From a virus: a DNA stretch of 64,000 nucleotides. Shown here piece after piece: positions 19,011-28,123 of this stretch. The stretch is from IMG/VR virus record IMGVR_UViG_3300045946_000018, positions 1 to 64,000 of that record. One strand, given 5' to 3'. Within the stretch, counting starts at the first letter, position 1, and every line of letters begins with the position of its first letter. A program made the position numbers and the translations under genes. The notes beneath the pieces are model-generated. The model saw only the letters and a list, made by a program, of their open reading frames with translations. It was not told where the DNA came from and made no database searches.

Positions 19011-19233
19011 TTCATGTGTTCAGCCATTCATGCGCTATGCATGGTGACCGGGGGGGTGATGTTAGTAGTGATATTATACTATCTCCGTTAGTTCTCTAAT
19101 AAGTATTATATATATACTAAATATATATTAGTAATAATACATAGAAGATAGAGAAAGAAGCAGAATGTAAGTAATAGAACATACGTAACAACCACCGCCG
19201 GTCAATAGGCTGATTACATGAACTGGTGAACTC

Positions 19234-19533
19234 ATGAACAAAGCATACGTATACTTTATAAGAACTAAATACAAGCAAACATCTCGTCTATACATCGGAT
19301 CTACTAACAATTTAGAGAGGAGAATAAAAGAACATTTACGTTACGGACAATTAGCACCAGGTGTAAAGGGTAATTTATGCGGCGTAATAATAACGCCCAA
19401 CAGAAAATCAGCATTTTGGACAGAGCATTTCTGTCACCAAATTAGTAAGTACATAGATGAAAGTGTAATAGAAGCGTTCTGTTCAGAAATGCTATTCCAT
19501 TACTGGTGGGATGAGGAGGAATTAAATTGCTAA
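19234..19533 (+). CDS. GIY-YIG nuclease
   Basis: YVYFI...LYIGSTNNLERRIKEH. Confidence 0.9.
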   Translation: MNKAYVYFIRTKYKQTSRLYIGSTNNLERRIKEHLRYGQLAPGVKGNLCGVIITPNRKSAFWTEHFCHQISKYIDESVIEAFCSEMLFHYWWDEEELNC

Positions 19534-19976
19534 AAGAATCAGACGCAGTAGTATACTCAACAATAGAACGCACAAAACTAGCCAGAGCCGCAAGGCATAT
19601 ACAAGAATCTGGCACACATCTAAGAAGTTTAAGTGAGATGATACGAATAATAGTAGATGTATTCGACGAATGGCTAAATAAGCAAGGAGTACCGCCTATA
19701 GAATCAACACACGAAGCAACTGAAATACTACAGCATATGTTCAGAGCCTCACTTAATCCTGGTGAAAGGAAAGCCAAACAATTGCTACGCAATTTACAGC
19801 AAGATTCGTTCGGTGAAATGGAGGAATTTAATAAATACCCAAAACAACGTGGTAAACAACCTGAATGGACGGCATCTGACGATGCCAGAATGATGCAAGC
19901 AGCTGAAAAGGCTCTCAAGTATCCCAACATACAAAAATTGCTAAAGGAAAATAATGGTCAAGGAGATAGTAAATGA
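19527..19976 (+). CDS. Hypothetical protein, possibly ribbon-helix-helix DNA-binding
   Basis: RSLSEMIRIIVD helix pattern; GAGGAGG RBS. Confidence 0.45.
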   Translation: MLKESDAVVYSTIERTKLARAARHIQESGTHLRSLSEMIRIIVDVFDEWLNKQGVPPIESTHEATEILQHMFRASLNPGERKAKQLLRNLQQDSFGEMEEFNKYPKQRGKQPEWTASDDARMMQAAEKALKYPNIQKLLKENNGQGDSK

Positions 19977-20227
19977 CTAAATCTAATGACGAGAGGCTGC
20001 TGGACCTTCGTGCATTAGTACGATCACGCCTAGAAAGGGATCTACGATCCCTAGCTGATATATCAAGCGCACGACCAGAGCTTACTCTACGTGACATTCT
20101 AGACGAAGTACACAACGTGTACATTCATTACCTACAACAAAATGCGTTACTAGATAATGCGTCTTCGACGCAGAGTTGTGATACTCAGTTAAGAGAAGAG
20201 TTGAATAAATTACGTTCCATAGACTAG
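19973..20227 (+). CDS. Hypothetical protein
   Basis: AGGAG RBS; ATGA overlap. Confidence 0.6.
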   Translation: MTKSNDERLLDLRALVRSRLERDLRSLADISSARPELTLRDILDEVHNVYIHYLQQNALLDNASSTQSCDTQLREELNKLRSID

Positions 20228-20423
20228 CCAGGAGGTGCGGCTTGACTTCTGACCAGAATCCACAGCTAGAGGGTTATGTACGACTAATTAGAAACAATCA
20301 AACACTACTCACATTAGAGCAAATGGAAGAGCGTAGACTCTACGAACAAATAGAGTTTGAAAGGGAACTTCGTTCTATAGTCTATGAAAGATTCTTTGAA
20401 TATCGTCGCTAAAAGGAAAGGAC

Positions 20424-20780
20424 ATGATACGTTACTTTTGGACGTACGTCCTAGATATAGTAGAAATTGAAGTGCTGTATATAGGAAGCACACGTAACCT
20501 AATGACGAGAGTGCATGAGCACAAAGGTGGGTGGAGAGGCTCATACATTACTGGAAAATACACCTTTAAATCGATAGTAGAATGTTATCCGTGTGAGTCA
20601 AGAGCGGATGCATTACTATTGGAAAGATACCTAAAATGGTACTATCGTAGATATGGTAAATCAATATTACCAAAAAGTGGAGGCGTGAATGATACTAAGC
20701 AATTAATTGCACAAGCACAGAATGACAGAAAGAAAAGTGTAGAAGACTTTGCAAACTACACAATGTACAAACGTTATTAG
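20424..20780 (+). CDS. GIY-YIG nuclease
   Basis: WTYVL...LYIGSTRNLMTRVHEH...ALLLE. Confidence 0.9.
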   Translation: MIRYFWTYVLDIVEIEVLYIGSTRNLMTRVHEHKGGWRGSYITGKYTFKSIVECYPCESRADALLLERYLKWYYRRYGKSILPKSGGVNDTKQLIAQAQNDRKKSVEDFANYTMYKRY

Positions 20781-20786
20781 GCTAGC

Positions 20787-21025
20787 TTAGATTTTTCCTA
20801 CGGAGCCTGGGAGATTATGACGCTTGTTGCGCTGCTTGTCAAGGGGCCTAGCGGCCTGGAGGCGCCTTGACAACCTGCTCACTTCGCTAAAAGCAGGAAC
20901 AGGCTCCTCCGGAAAAAAATCTAAACGGCGCCTAAGCACCAACGGGGCATCTGTAGTCCCAAGGCGGCAAGTTTTGCCTTCGGTCATACACGTACCAAAT
21001 ACCTGCTTTGGTTAAACTTTAACCA
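20787..21025 (-). repeat. Rod-hairpin element E4 plus palindrome
   Basis: ttagatttttcc..ggagcctg/caggctcc..ggaaaaaaatctaa; ttgtcaagg/ccttgacaa; TTGACA-17-CATAAT (minus strand, antisense to neighbours); palindrome at 21009-21025. Confidence 0.85.
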
Positions 21026-21041
21026 TTGGAGTACAAAACAA

Positions 21042-21374
21042 GTGGATCTAAATACCTATCAAGAACTAGCTCACCAAACTTCACGGTTTGCAAAGTATCC
21101 AGATTATCGCGGCAATATTACTATGGCAACCTTAGGCCTCAATGGTGAAGCGGGTGAAGTAGCTGACATTATCAAGAAGTGGCTCTATCACGGCCATCAA
21201 CTGGCGTTAGACAATCTAGCGTCTGAATTAGGCGATGTTCTCTGGTATATTGCAGAGTGCTGTACAGCACTTGGCATCACTCTGGATGACATTGCAGAAG
21301 GCAACCTAGCTAAGCTTAGTACAAGATATGGAACAGCCTTCAGCTCTGAGGCCTCTATTAACAGAACTGATTAA
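21042..21374 (+). CDS. MazG-like nucleotide pyrophosphohydrolase
   Basis: LGLNGEAGEVADIIKK...ELGDVLWY...NLAKL. Confidence 0.92.
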   Translation: MDLNTYQELAHQTSRFAKYPDYRGNITMATLGLNGEAGEVADIIKKWLYHGHQLALDNLASELGDVLWYIAECCTALGITLDDIAEGNLAKLSTRYGTAFSSEASINRTD

Positions 21375-21380
21375 TCACTG

Positions 21381-21604
21381 TGGTTAGAATGTAACCGTAA
21401 CAAACCTGGAGCAACGCGACCCTACTGTCTCTGACCCACACTTCCAGGCCGCAGATGCATTTTCCCAGGCAGGGCGAATTACCTTCTTAGCGGATGAGGT
21501 TGCGCTGTCACTGGAAAACTTGGGTGGTTTTTCCAAGTTTTCCATTGACAGAAGGAGCAACCTCAGTAGCGCATAATCAGTAGCCCTGCTAGGGAAATAG
21601 CATC
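21381..21604 (+). repeat. Rod-hairpin element E5 plus palindrome
   Basis: gatgc.tttccc..gcagggc/gccctgc..gggaaa..gcatc; ctgtca.tggaaaacttgg/ccaagttttcca.tgacag; TTGACA-21-CATAAT; palindrome at 21381-21397. Confidence 0.85.
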
Positions 21605-21629
21605 CGAAGGCAAATAGGAGTATACTTTA

Positions 21630-21836
21630 ATGGACCTACAAATATCTACTAACAATTTCACTTGCTTAGTTACGGTTAATCCAAGCGGATACATTACGAG
21701 TATTGCACCAGTACTGCGTGTATTCTCCAGACAACCTAAAGAGAATCTCATACGCTGGCTTAACACTCACTTTCCTGAGGCTTCAATCTTTGACTTATCT
21801 ACAGGAGAAAAAATATACCCTTTACTTGACAACTGA
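21630..21836 (+). CDS. Hypothetical protein
   Basis: AGGAG RBS. Confidence 0.65.
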   Translation: MDLQISTNNFTCLVTVNPSGYITSIAPVLRVFSRQPKENLIRWLNTHFPEASIFDLSTGEKIYPLLDN

Positions 21837-21855
21837 CCGTTTCGTGTGGTACAAT
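21826..21855 (+). promoter_or_regulatory. sigma70-type promoter
   Basis: TTGACA-18-TACAAT with TGn. Confidence 0.7.
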
Positions 21856-21909
21856 TACGTATGAATGTTGCACAAGGCAACTAGCAATCTCTAGCCTTAA
21901 GGAGCGAGT

Positions 21910-22053
21910 ATGAATTACCAGATCACCTTCTCTCACGTGCATGTGTGCACCGATTGTCATGAAGCGTTTGAGTGCTTCTGTAGTGAGCCCCACACTGCAA
22001 AGCGCTGTGCTGACTGCTTTATGCAGCTGCGTTTACTGGAGTTTAATGACTGA
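21910..22053 (+). CDS. Small Cys-rich protein (47 aa)
   Basis: MNYQITFSHVHVCTDCHEAFECFC...CADC; AAGGAG RBS. Confidence 0.65.
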   Translation: MNYQITFSHVHVCTDCHEAFECFCSEPHTAKRCADCFMQLRLLEFND

Positions 22054-22153
22054 ACTGAGTTCAGTAAGAGTAATTTCATTTAACTTATCTGGGCGCGGCA
22101 AGCGCACGTCCCGCGCCGAAGTAACAGGCAATTAACTGAAAGGAACATCAGCG

Positions 22154-22534
22154 ATGTTATGCCCACTCTGCCACGAAGAGCTCGAGATCGACGGTGAATG
22201 GTCAGACTCAGATATTGACTTTTGCAGTGCAACTGAAGTTGAAGGTACTGTTCAATTCAATCTATTCTGTTCAGCGTGCACCGACAGCCTCACTGAGTTC
22301 GAGTTAGAATTTGAGCAAGATGTATCTGACTTCATCAATGAACACGAAGATCATTGCCGTGATGAATTTACCTGTGAAGTGCAAGGTGAAACCTTTGCTA
22401 AGCGCAAAGATGCCTATGGTAATGAGCATGTAGGATGCAGTTTCACAATCTACGTACACTGCATCTGCAATCAAATGGCAATGTACGAGTATGCTGATGA
22501 CGCACCACTCACTGAGGTACTGGAAGGAATCTAG
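22154..22534 (+). CDS. Acidic Cys-rich protein
   Basis: CPLC, CSAC; very D/E-rich; AAGGA RBS. Confidence 0.7.
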   Translation: MLCPLCHEELEIDGEWSDSDIDFCSATEVEGTVQFNLFCSACTDSLTEFELEFEQDVSDFINEHEDHCRDEFTCEVQGETFAKRKDAYGNEHVGCSFTIYVHCICNQMAMYEYADDAPLTEVLEGI

Positions 22535-22552
22535 CCAAAATAACAAGATGAC

Positions 22553-22581
22553 TTGACTTTGCTGTGGAAATATGTTATAAT
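22553..22581 (+). promoter_or_regulatory. sigma70-type promoter
   Basis: TTGACT-17-TATAAT with TGn. Confidence 0.8.
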
Positions 22582-22610
22582 AGTACCATAATCTAAGCAA
22601 GGAGTTTCTT

Positions 22611-23015
22611 ATGGACCGTGAGTTGTTAGTTAAGATGCTTAACGAACTGCCAGCGAACGAGCGGCGTGCTATCACTTACATGGCCAAAGGTGGTCATAGA
22701 TGCGAGGACTCTACGAGTCTAATAAAGTGTTGCAATGTGAGTCGCTGCCAGGCATGTCACATTCCACACCTGAAAGAGAAGCATGATGCAATCATGCTAC
22801 ATGCATACGAGAAGTTCTCGCAGGCTGGTGCACTTACTTGGAAAGGCCGCGAGTATAAGAAGCCACTGCAACCTAAGGCGAACAAGAAAACTCATAAAAT
22901 GTCCGCTCAGCCGAGGGCGGCTGACCCGCGCGTTAGCATCACAGATCAAGTGCCAGATGATCAACTAGAGTCAGTACTAGCAATGATTGCAGCTAAGCTT
23001 GGCCGCAATGGTTAA
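22611..23015 (+). CDS. Zn-finger hypothetical protein
   Basis: CC....C..CH..H; AAGGAG RBS. Confidence 0.7.
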   Translation: MDRELLVKMLNELPANERRAITYMAKGGHRCEDSTSLIKCCNVSRCQACHIPHLKEKHDAIMLHAYEKFSQAGALTWKGREYKKPLQPKANKKTHKMSAQPRAADPRVSITDQVPDDQLESVLAMIAAKLGRNG

Positions 23016-23039
23016 AGTTTAACCGAAGTGGGTAATTAA

Positions 23040-23459
23040 ATGCGCTCTATAAGTACGTATTACCTTAGCAAACTACAATCGTACTGTTGGGTATACGTTA
23101 TAAGACTAAGGTACAAAGATGGGCACTATATAGGAAGTACTTCGAACTTACTTCGTCGAGTACGTGAGCATCAAGAGATGAAAGAGAGTGCTGCTAGATC
23201 TATTATGAGATACGGATTTGGGGAAGTGGTATGGACACACCCTACTGTAGGAAGGGAGGAAGCATACCTATTAGAATGTTACTTGTTTAGATGTACGAAT
23301 CAAATTGGGCACTGGGTGATTCCCAATAAAGAACGCTACAGAATATGGAGGCGTTCTCTTTCTCCTGAAATGATGGAAGAGATAATACACGGTAATTTTG
23401 GCATGACTATTGTACAACCTATTTCAAGGAGTAATTATGATACGTGCATTGAATGCTGA
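23040..23459 (+). CDS. GIY-YIG nuclease
   Basis: WVYVI...HYIGSTSNLLRRVREH...EAYLLE. Confidence 0.9.
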   Translation: MRSISTYYLSKLQSYCWVYVIRLRYKDGHYIGSTSNLLRRVREHQEMKESAARSIMRYGFGEVVWTHPTVGREEAYLLECYLFRCTNQIGHWVIPNKERYRIWRRSLSPEMMEEIIHGNFGMTIVQPISRSNYDTCIEC

Positions 23460-23634
23460 TGGCCGATCAGTGCTGGCATTCGAGCTGCAAGAATCGCCTG
23501 GCGATTCCTTTACGTGCCCACATTGCAGTCAGCCAGTTTACTTAATTACGTCGCATGACGTGAGTTACTTTGTGCATGACGAGGACCAAACAGTATACTG
23601 TCCATTACTCGCAAAGTATGCTGGAAAGGATTAG
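23437..23634 (+). CDS. Zn-ribbon protein resembling the CoiA N-terminal domain
   Basis: ALNADG...FTCPHCSQPV...YFVH...C; AAGGAG RBS. Confidence 0.55.
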   Translation: MIRALNADGRSVLAFELQESPGDSFTCPHCSQPVYLITSHDVSYFVHDEDQTVYCPLLAKYAGKD

Positions 23635-23878
23635 ACGATTGAGCAAGCATGATTGCTTCACTAATCCAGTATTCGTACTTGACAATATGCTGTTATGCGC
23701 ACGTTGTTATGCCATACGTGCACTGCGTACTTATGGAAAGGAGGCTTACTTTCAGAATGGTTCGCTAGTAATGGTTGAGTACCAGGACTTATCCCACTTA
23801 GAGGCCGCAGCTGGTTGTGATGCGTTAGTTACACGAGCTGCATTGTATAAGGAGTACCTAGAGACTAAAAATTTCTGA
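23618..23878 (+). CDS. Cys-containing hypothetical protein
   Basis: CARC; fills the gap before the next promoter. Confidence 0.5.
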   Translation: MLERIRRLSKHDCFTNPVFVLDNMLLCARCYAIRALRTYGKEAYFQNGSLVMVEYQDLSHLEAAAGCDALVTRAALYKEYLETKNF

Positions 23879-23894
23879 GTATGCAAAATAATGG

Positions 23895-23923
23895 TTGACA
23901 GCTTACAAATTCCGTGTTACAAT
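23895..23923 (+). promoter_or_regulatory. sigma70-type promoter
   Basis: TTGACA-17-TACAAT with TGn. Confidence 0.8.
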
Positions 23924-23990
23924 TACAACAGAGTCAACGAAGCGTGTTGCTTCGTGAAACCAACTTTATTCCACAAGTGGAGATTGTACC

Positions 23991-24521
23991 ATGATTCGTG
24001 AAGAAGTTTCTGTAGCTACCGCAGGCCGCCCCGAAGTAAAGTTCTCTTACAATTTCAGTGAGAATATTACTGAAGCTATTCAGATGTTTGATCGCCAGGA
24101 TCAAAATGAGCAGAATGTGCACGAGCTATTTAAGCGTGCACTTACTATTAACGCGCAGGCTGCGGCTCGTAAGATGCTTTCTGCTGGCTTCACTGCAGAA
24201 CGTATCCAAATGGAGATGGATAATTGGAAGCCAGGCGTATCGCTTAGCACTCGTGCCTCAACTAAAACAGTTGATGCAGCCAAGGTGATCGCTGAGAACT
24301 TCGATGACTGGACTCCTGAGCGACAGGAAGAAATCTACCGCCTGATCCAGGAGCGTTTCGCAAAACGTGGTCAGGCAGCTCCTGTTGCTGCCGAGAATGG
24401 TTCATCTGAGCCTACTGAGGAAGAGATCGCAGCTGTCACTGCTGGAGTTAACGGAGGAGAATCAGCTCCGGAACCTACACCCGCAGAACAGGCAGCGGAA
24501 GGCCGTCGGCGTAATCGCTAA
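23991..24521 (+). CDS. Hypothetical protein (own promoter and downstream hairpin)
   Basis: 176 aa, GGAG RBS. Confidence 0.75.
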   Translation: MIREEVSVATAGRPEVKFSYNFSENITEAIQMFDRQDQNEQNVHELFKRALTINAQAAARKMLSAGFTAERIQMEMDNWKPGVSLSTRASTKTVDAAKVIAENFDDWTPERQEEIYRLIQERFAKRGQAAPVAAENGSSEPTEEEIAAVTAGVNGGESAPEPTPAEQAAEGRRRNR

Positions 24522-24536
24522 CTAACATTAACAAAG

Positions 24537-24561
24537 GGAGCCAGCAAACACTGGCTCCTTT
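24537..24561 (+). terminator. Hairpin / probable terminator
   Basis: ggagccag-caaaca-ctggctcc followed by ttt. Confidence 0.55.
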
Positions 24562-24571
24562 AGGAGTCTAA

Positions 24572-24916
24572 GTGAGTGAGAAACATAAAGTATTCATTCC
24601 TGCTAAGGGCTATCATAACTGGGAAGCTGCAGCGAGGTATGGCGAGCTAGTATTCATGAGCAATGAACCATTCAGCCGCGCCGCAGTATCGAACATGATC
24701 CGTACCTTTGAACCTTTTATTGAGGAGAGCGATTCAGAAGACTACATCGTAATCACTGGCCTATCAGTGATGTGTTCACTAGCGTGCTCACTGTTCGTGT
24801 TGAAGCACGGTAGATTAAACCTGCTGTTATTCGACGCGGCATCGTCAAAGTATATTAAACGAACTGTAATCCTTAGAGAGGAAAAAGAAAGTGAAATTGT
24901 TGGACTTAATTCCTGA
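24572..24916 (+). CDS. Conserved hypothetical protein
   Basis: 114 aa, AGGAG RBS. Confidence 0.7.
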   Translation: MSEKHKVFIPAKGYHNWEAAARYGELVFMSNEPFSRAAVSNMIRTFEPFIEESDSEDYIVITGLSVMCSLACSLFVLKHGRLNLLLFDAASSKYIKRTVILREEKESEIVGLNS

Positions 24917-25871
24917 ACAGGATACATGGAGTGTAATAGATCCCTCCAAGTTGTCAGTGTATATGTCATGCCCGCGTCGTTACTTCTACGAACAGGTACT
25001 ACAATGGCGTGAAGATTACGTAAATAACCATTTACACTTCGGCTCATGTTGGCATCTGGCAGTTGAACACTTACTGAACAAGCAGTACTCTAAAGAAGCT
25101 GTTGAAGAGGCATGCGAGTTGTTCTATCAATCCTACCGGCTTAAGTTAGATAGTGAATCTGATGGACTCTTCGCTCCGAAGGATCCACAGAATGCTCGCA
25201 AGACTCTCGTTGAATATGCACAGCGATTCCGCACGGATGCTCAAGACTATCTAGTACTAGCCACAGAAATAGGTGGCACAGTACTGATAGCGCCAGACTC
25301 CCCAATGTTCTTCAAGCTTGATGCACTATTGCAGAGGAGAAGAGATAATAAAGTAATTTGTCTTGACCACAAAACTTCGCAGCGTCGAATGAGCAACTGG
25401 CAAGAACAGTGGCTACTCAGTACGCAGATGCTCACGTACCTACATGTACTATACTGTTTATTCGGCGAGGATAATTCAGTAGGGGGTATTAGGGTAAGAT
25501 GTTCCTTCTTTTACAAAGCTAGACCATCTGAGTTCGATGAGGCTATTGTTGAGAAGAATTTAAGTCAGATGCAGGCATGGCTCGTCAGTCAAGCTAGTTG
25601 GTATGACGCACTCAAGTACGACATGGAATATCTACTTACTGCTGATGACTCCAATTCGCAGGTAATGAAATCCTTCCCAATGAATGAGAAGGCATGCTTT
25701 GACTACAATAGAAAGTGTCCATACTTCGACTTCTGCATGAGCTGGTCGAATCCACTCCAACGCTGCGAGCGGCCTCCAATAGGCTTCGTACACGAGGTGT
25801 GGGACCCACGAGTAGATAGTGGCGCTAAAACATTTGTTGACTTAACAAAGGAGCAAACAACTAATGCCTAA
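24891..25871 (+). CDS. PD-(D/E)XK (Cas4/RecB-like) exonuclease
   Basis: CPRRY, FGSCWH, KLDAL, LDHKT, C-terminal C...CPYFDFC. Confidence 0.88.
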   Translation: MKLLDLIPEQDTWSVIDPSKLSVYMSCPRRYFYEQVLQWREDYVNNHLHFGSCWHLAVEHLLNKQYSKEAVEEACELFYQSYRLKLDSESDGLFAPKDPQNARKTLVEYAQRFRTDAQDYLVLATEIGGTVLIAPDSPMFFKLDALLQRRRDNKVICLDHKTSQRRMSNWQEQWLLSTQMLTYLHVLYCLFGEDNSVGGIRVRCSFFYKARPSEFDEAIVEKNLSQMQAWLVSQASWYDALKYDMEYLLTADDSNSQVMKSFPMNEKACFDYNRKCPYFDFCMSWSNPLQRCERPPIGFVHEVWDPRVDSGAKTFVDLTKEQTTNA

Positions 25872-26025
25872 ATTACACGCTCATTTCTGCGCTGATTGTG
25901 GTAACGATTGGCAATGCGAGCGAGATTGGTGCAGTGATATTACTGGTGAGATTTCTAGAGAGTGTCCGAGCTGTTACGAGAAGCGTATTAAGGCCGGCTT
26001 CAACGAAGCTGAGATTGGAGGGTGA
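25864..26025 (+). CDS. Small Cys-rich protein (53 aa)
   Basis: HAHFCADC...CPSC; AAGGAG RBS; resembles 21910-22053. Confidence 0.6.
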   Translation: MPKLHAHFCADCGNDWQCERDWCSDITGEISRECPSCYEKRIKAGFNEAEIGG

Positions 26026-26029
26026 TTAA

Positions 26030-26827
26030 ATGCCTCTTGATGCACGACTCGAGAACGAACGCTTAAGAAAGTTGTACCTTGAAGACGAGAATCAAGATCG
26101 CTACAATTTGTTATTGCTGGGCGAGAAAGGAGTAGGTAAGACGTACCTAGCACGTACTGCACGTCTGCCAGTGTATATTGATTCTTTCGATCCTGGCGGC
26201 ACACTGTGCTTACGCGAAGCTAAGAAGAAAGGTGATATTCTCGCTGAAACTAAGTACGAGAAAGAAGATCCACTCAAACCTACTATGTTCGAGCAGTGGA
26301 CTCGAGACTTTGAAGAGAAGGTGCGAGCAAAGTACTTCGATAACTTCGGTACATATGTACTTGATTCAAGTACGGTATGGGCCGAGAACATAATGAACCT
26401 CATCCTAGCGAAGGATGGACGCGCCGGCACTGCACCACTCTTCACAAAAGATTACGTACCACAAAAGGTACTTATTCATAACTGGCTAAAGAAGGTACTG
26501 GCACTTCCCTGTGATGTTATCGTTACAGGTCACCTAGAGCCAATGAAGGATGATGTGTTAGGCAGTATAGAGTACCGATATTCCACCACTGGTAAAGGCA
26601 CGGTCATCATACCGCTGCAGTTTACTGAGGTGTGGGTAGCAGATACAACACAATCCTCGAAAGGAATTGAGTATAGAATAATCACGCAACGAACTGGTAG
26701 GTACATGGCAAGTAGTCGCCTGTCTGCTGGCAAGCTCGATACTTACGAGCCGCCAGATATTAAGGCAATACTCAAGAAATGTGGTATGGACATCAAAGAT
26801 AAGCCGTCGCTGTTCGGGAGTAAGTAA
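26030..26827 (+). CDS. AAA_24 / Sak4-like P-loop ATPase
   Basis: GEKGVGKT, YVLDS, IVTGH; exonuclease-ATPase-SSB context. Confidence 0.85.
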   Translation: MPLDARLENERLRKLYLEDENQDRYNLLLLGEKGVGKTYLARTARLPVYIDSFDPGGTLCLREAKKKGDILAETKYEKEDPLKPTMFEQWTRDFEEKVRAKYFDNFGTYVLDSSTVWAENIMNLILAKDGRAGTAPLFTKDYVPQKVLIHNWLKKVLALPCDVIVTGHLEPMKDDVLGSIEYRYSTTGKGTVIIPLQFTEVWVADTTQSSKGIEYRIITQRTGRYMASSRLSAGKLDTYEPPDIKAILKKCGMDIKDKPSLFGSK

Positions 26828-26870
26828 TGCCTCGCAAACGTAGTGCAAAACCAACTGACCAGGACTTCCT

Positions 26871-27335
26871 ATGACTGAGAAGCGATTATTTCTCTTTCTG
26901 AAAAAAGTGAGTATCAATAAACTTACTGAGTGCTGGGAGTGGACGGGAGCAACAAATGGAACTGGATATCCATTACTGTGGGATAATAGTTCTGGGAAAT
27001 CCAGGTTGCATTATGCTCATAGACTATCCTATGAACACTACGTTGGAGAAATAACTGCTAATAATCAGGTAGATCATATCTGCTCAGTTAAACACTGCGT
27101 TAATCCAGATCATTTACAGCAGGTAAATGGAGCAGATAACCAATCACGTGCATCTATTAGAAAGGAGAACTATAACAGCGCCAAAACACACTGCAAAAAT
27201 GGTCACGAATTTACAGAGGAGAATATAATATACTCTAAATGGTGCGGTCGAAATGGAGTACAACGCAAGTGCCGAAAGTGTCGAAAGGAAATGTTAACAA
27301 GGAATAAGAGTAATGCCACGGAAGAGAAGTGCTAA
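26871..27335 (+). CDS. HNH homing endonuclease
   Basis: CWEWTG, AHRLSY, DHICSVKHCVNPDHL, KTHCKNGH. Confidence 0.93.
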   Translation: MTEKRLFLFLKKVSINKLTECWEWTGATNGTGYPLLWDNSSGKSRLHYAHRLSYEHYVGEITANNQVDHICSVKHCVNPDHLQQVNGADNQSRASIRKENYNSAKTHCKNGHEFTEENIIYSKWCGRNGVQRKCRKCRKEMLTRNKSNATEEKC

Positions 27336-27849
27336 ACCCACAGACGATGATTTTCGTTGGGATTCAAGTAAGCCTCCATTGCTTATGGAGAAAACTGCCG
27401 AAGAAACCAGAGTAATTAAACCGAACCACTTTTCTGAAGGAAAAGTCATGCCTATTATTGATTTCTCAGACATGGGACTAGACGATCTGCCAGAACTGAA
27501 GATACTGCCCGCCGGCACTGAGGCGAAACTGAGGATACTTGACGTTAGCATCAAGCCAGATCGTAATGGTGATGAGATGCTACAGATACGGTTGGATGTA
27601 GCTGATGAACCTAACGTGAAGGAAGTGTACTGGCAATGCCACTTCCCTAAGGCGAGTATGAATGACAAGAGAGTGTTCATGCTGAAACAGTTTCTTAGTG
27701 GATTCTGCGAAGCATTTGAGATCGACAAGACAGCAGCAAATGATACTAATGATTGGGTCGGTAAGGAAGGCTGGGCGATATTAGGAGTAAGAAGTGATCC
27801 TAAATATGGTGACTCGAATGAGGTTACTCGGTGGGTAAGAGGTCAGTAA
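27313..27849 (+). CDS. Putative single-stranded DNA-binding protein (DUF669-like)
   Basis: ILPAGTE...DWVGKE...YGDSNEV; follows the Sak4-like ATPase; alternative start at 27448. Confidence 0.6.
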   Translation: MPRKRSAKPTDDDFRWDSSKPPLLMEKTAEETRVIKPNHFSEGKVMPIIDFSDMGLDDLPELKILPAGTEAKLRILDVSIKPDRNGDEMLQIRLDVADEPNVKEVYWQCHFPKASMNDKRVFMLKQFLSGFCEAFEIDKTAANDTNDWVGKEGWAILGVRSDPKYGDSNEVTRWVRGQ

Positions 27850-27901
27850 GTTAGCTTTGAGGAGGAGGCTGCGGCTTCCTCCTTTAAGGAGCGCGGCTAC
27901 T

Positions 27902-28123
27902 ATGCGACGCATAACCTTTGAGGTAACTGATGAACAGTATTGTAAGCTGAAGGATCATCTAGAGTACGGGCTAATGAAACGCTTCTTTGGTGCACTCGTA
28001 GACGACACAGTCGTCATGCTAGATGAGTTTGGTGACTTGTTTATAATAGCGGTGCTATCAAAGCGGGTGAGTTACCGGCAGATAATGGAGGATAAAAATG
28101 CTTTGGTTAAAAGTCAACCGTAA
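27902..28123 (+). CDS. Small RHH-like protein
   Basis: MRRITFEVTDEQY..L; AAGGAG RBS. Confidence 0.55.
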   Translation: MRRITFEVTDEQYCKLKDHLEYGLMKRFFGALVDDTVVMLDEFGDLFIIAVLSKRVSYRQIMEDKNALVKSQP

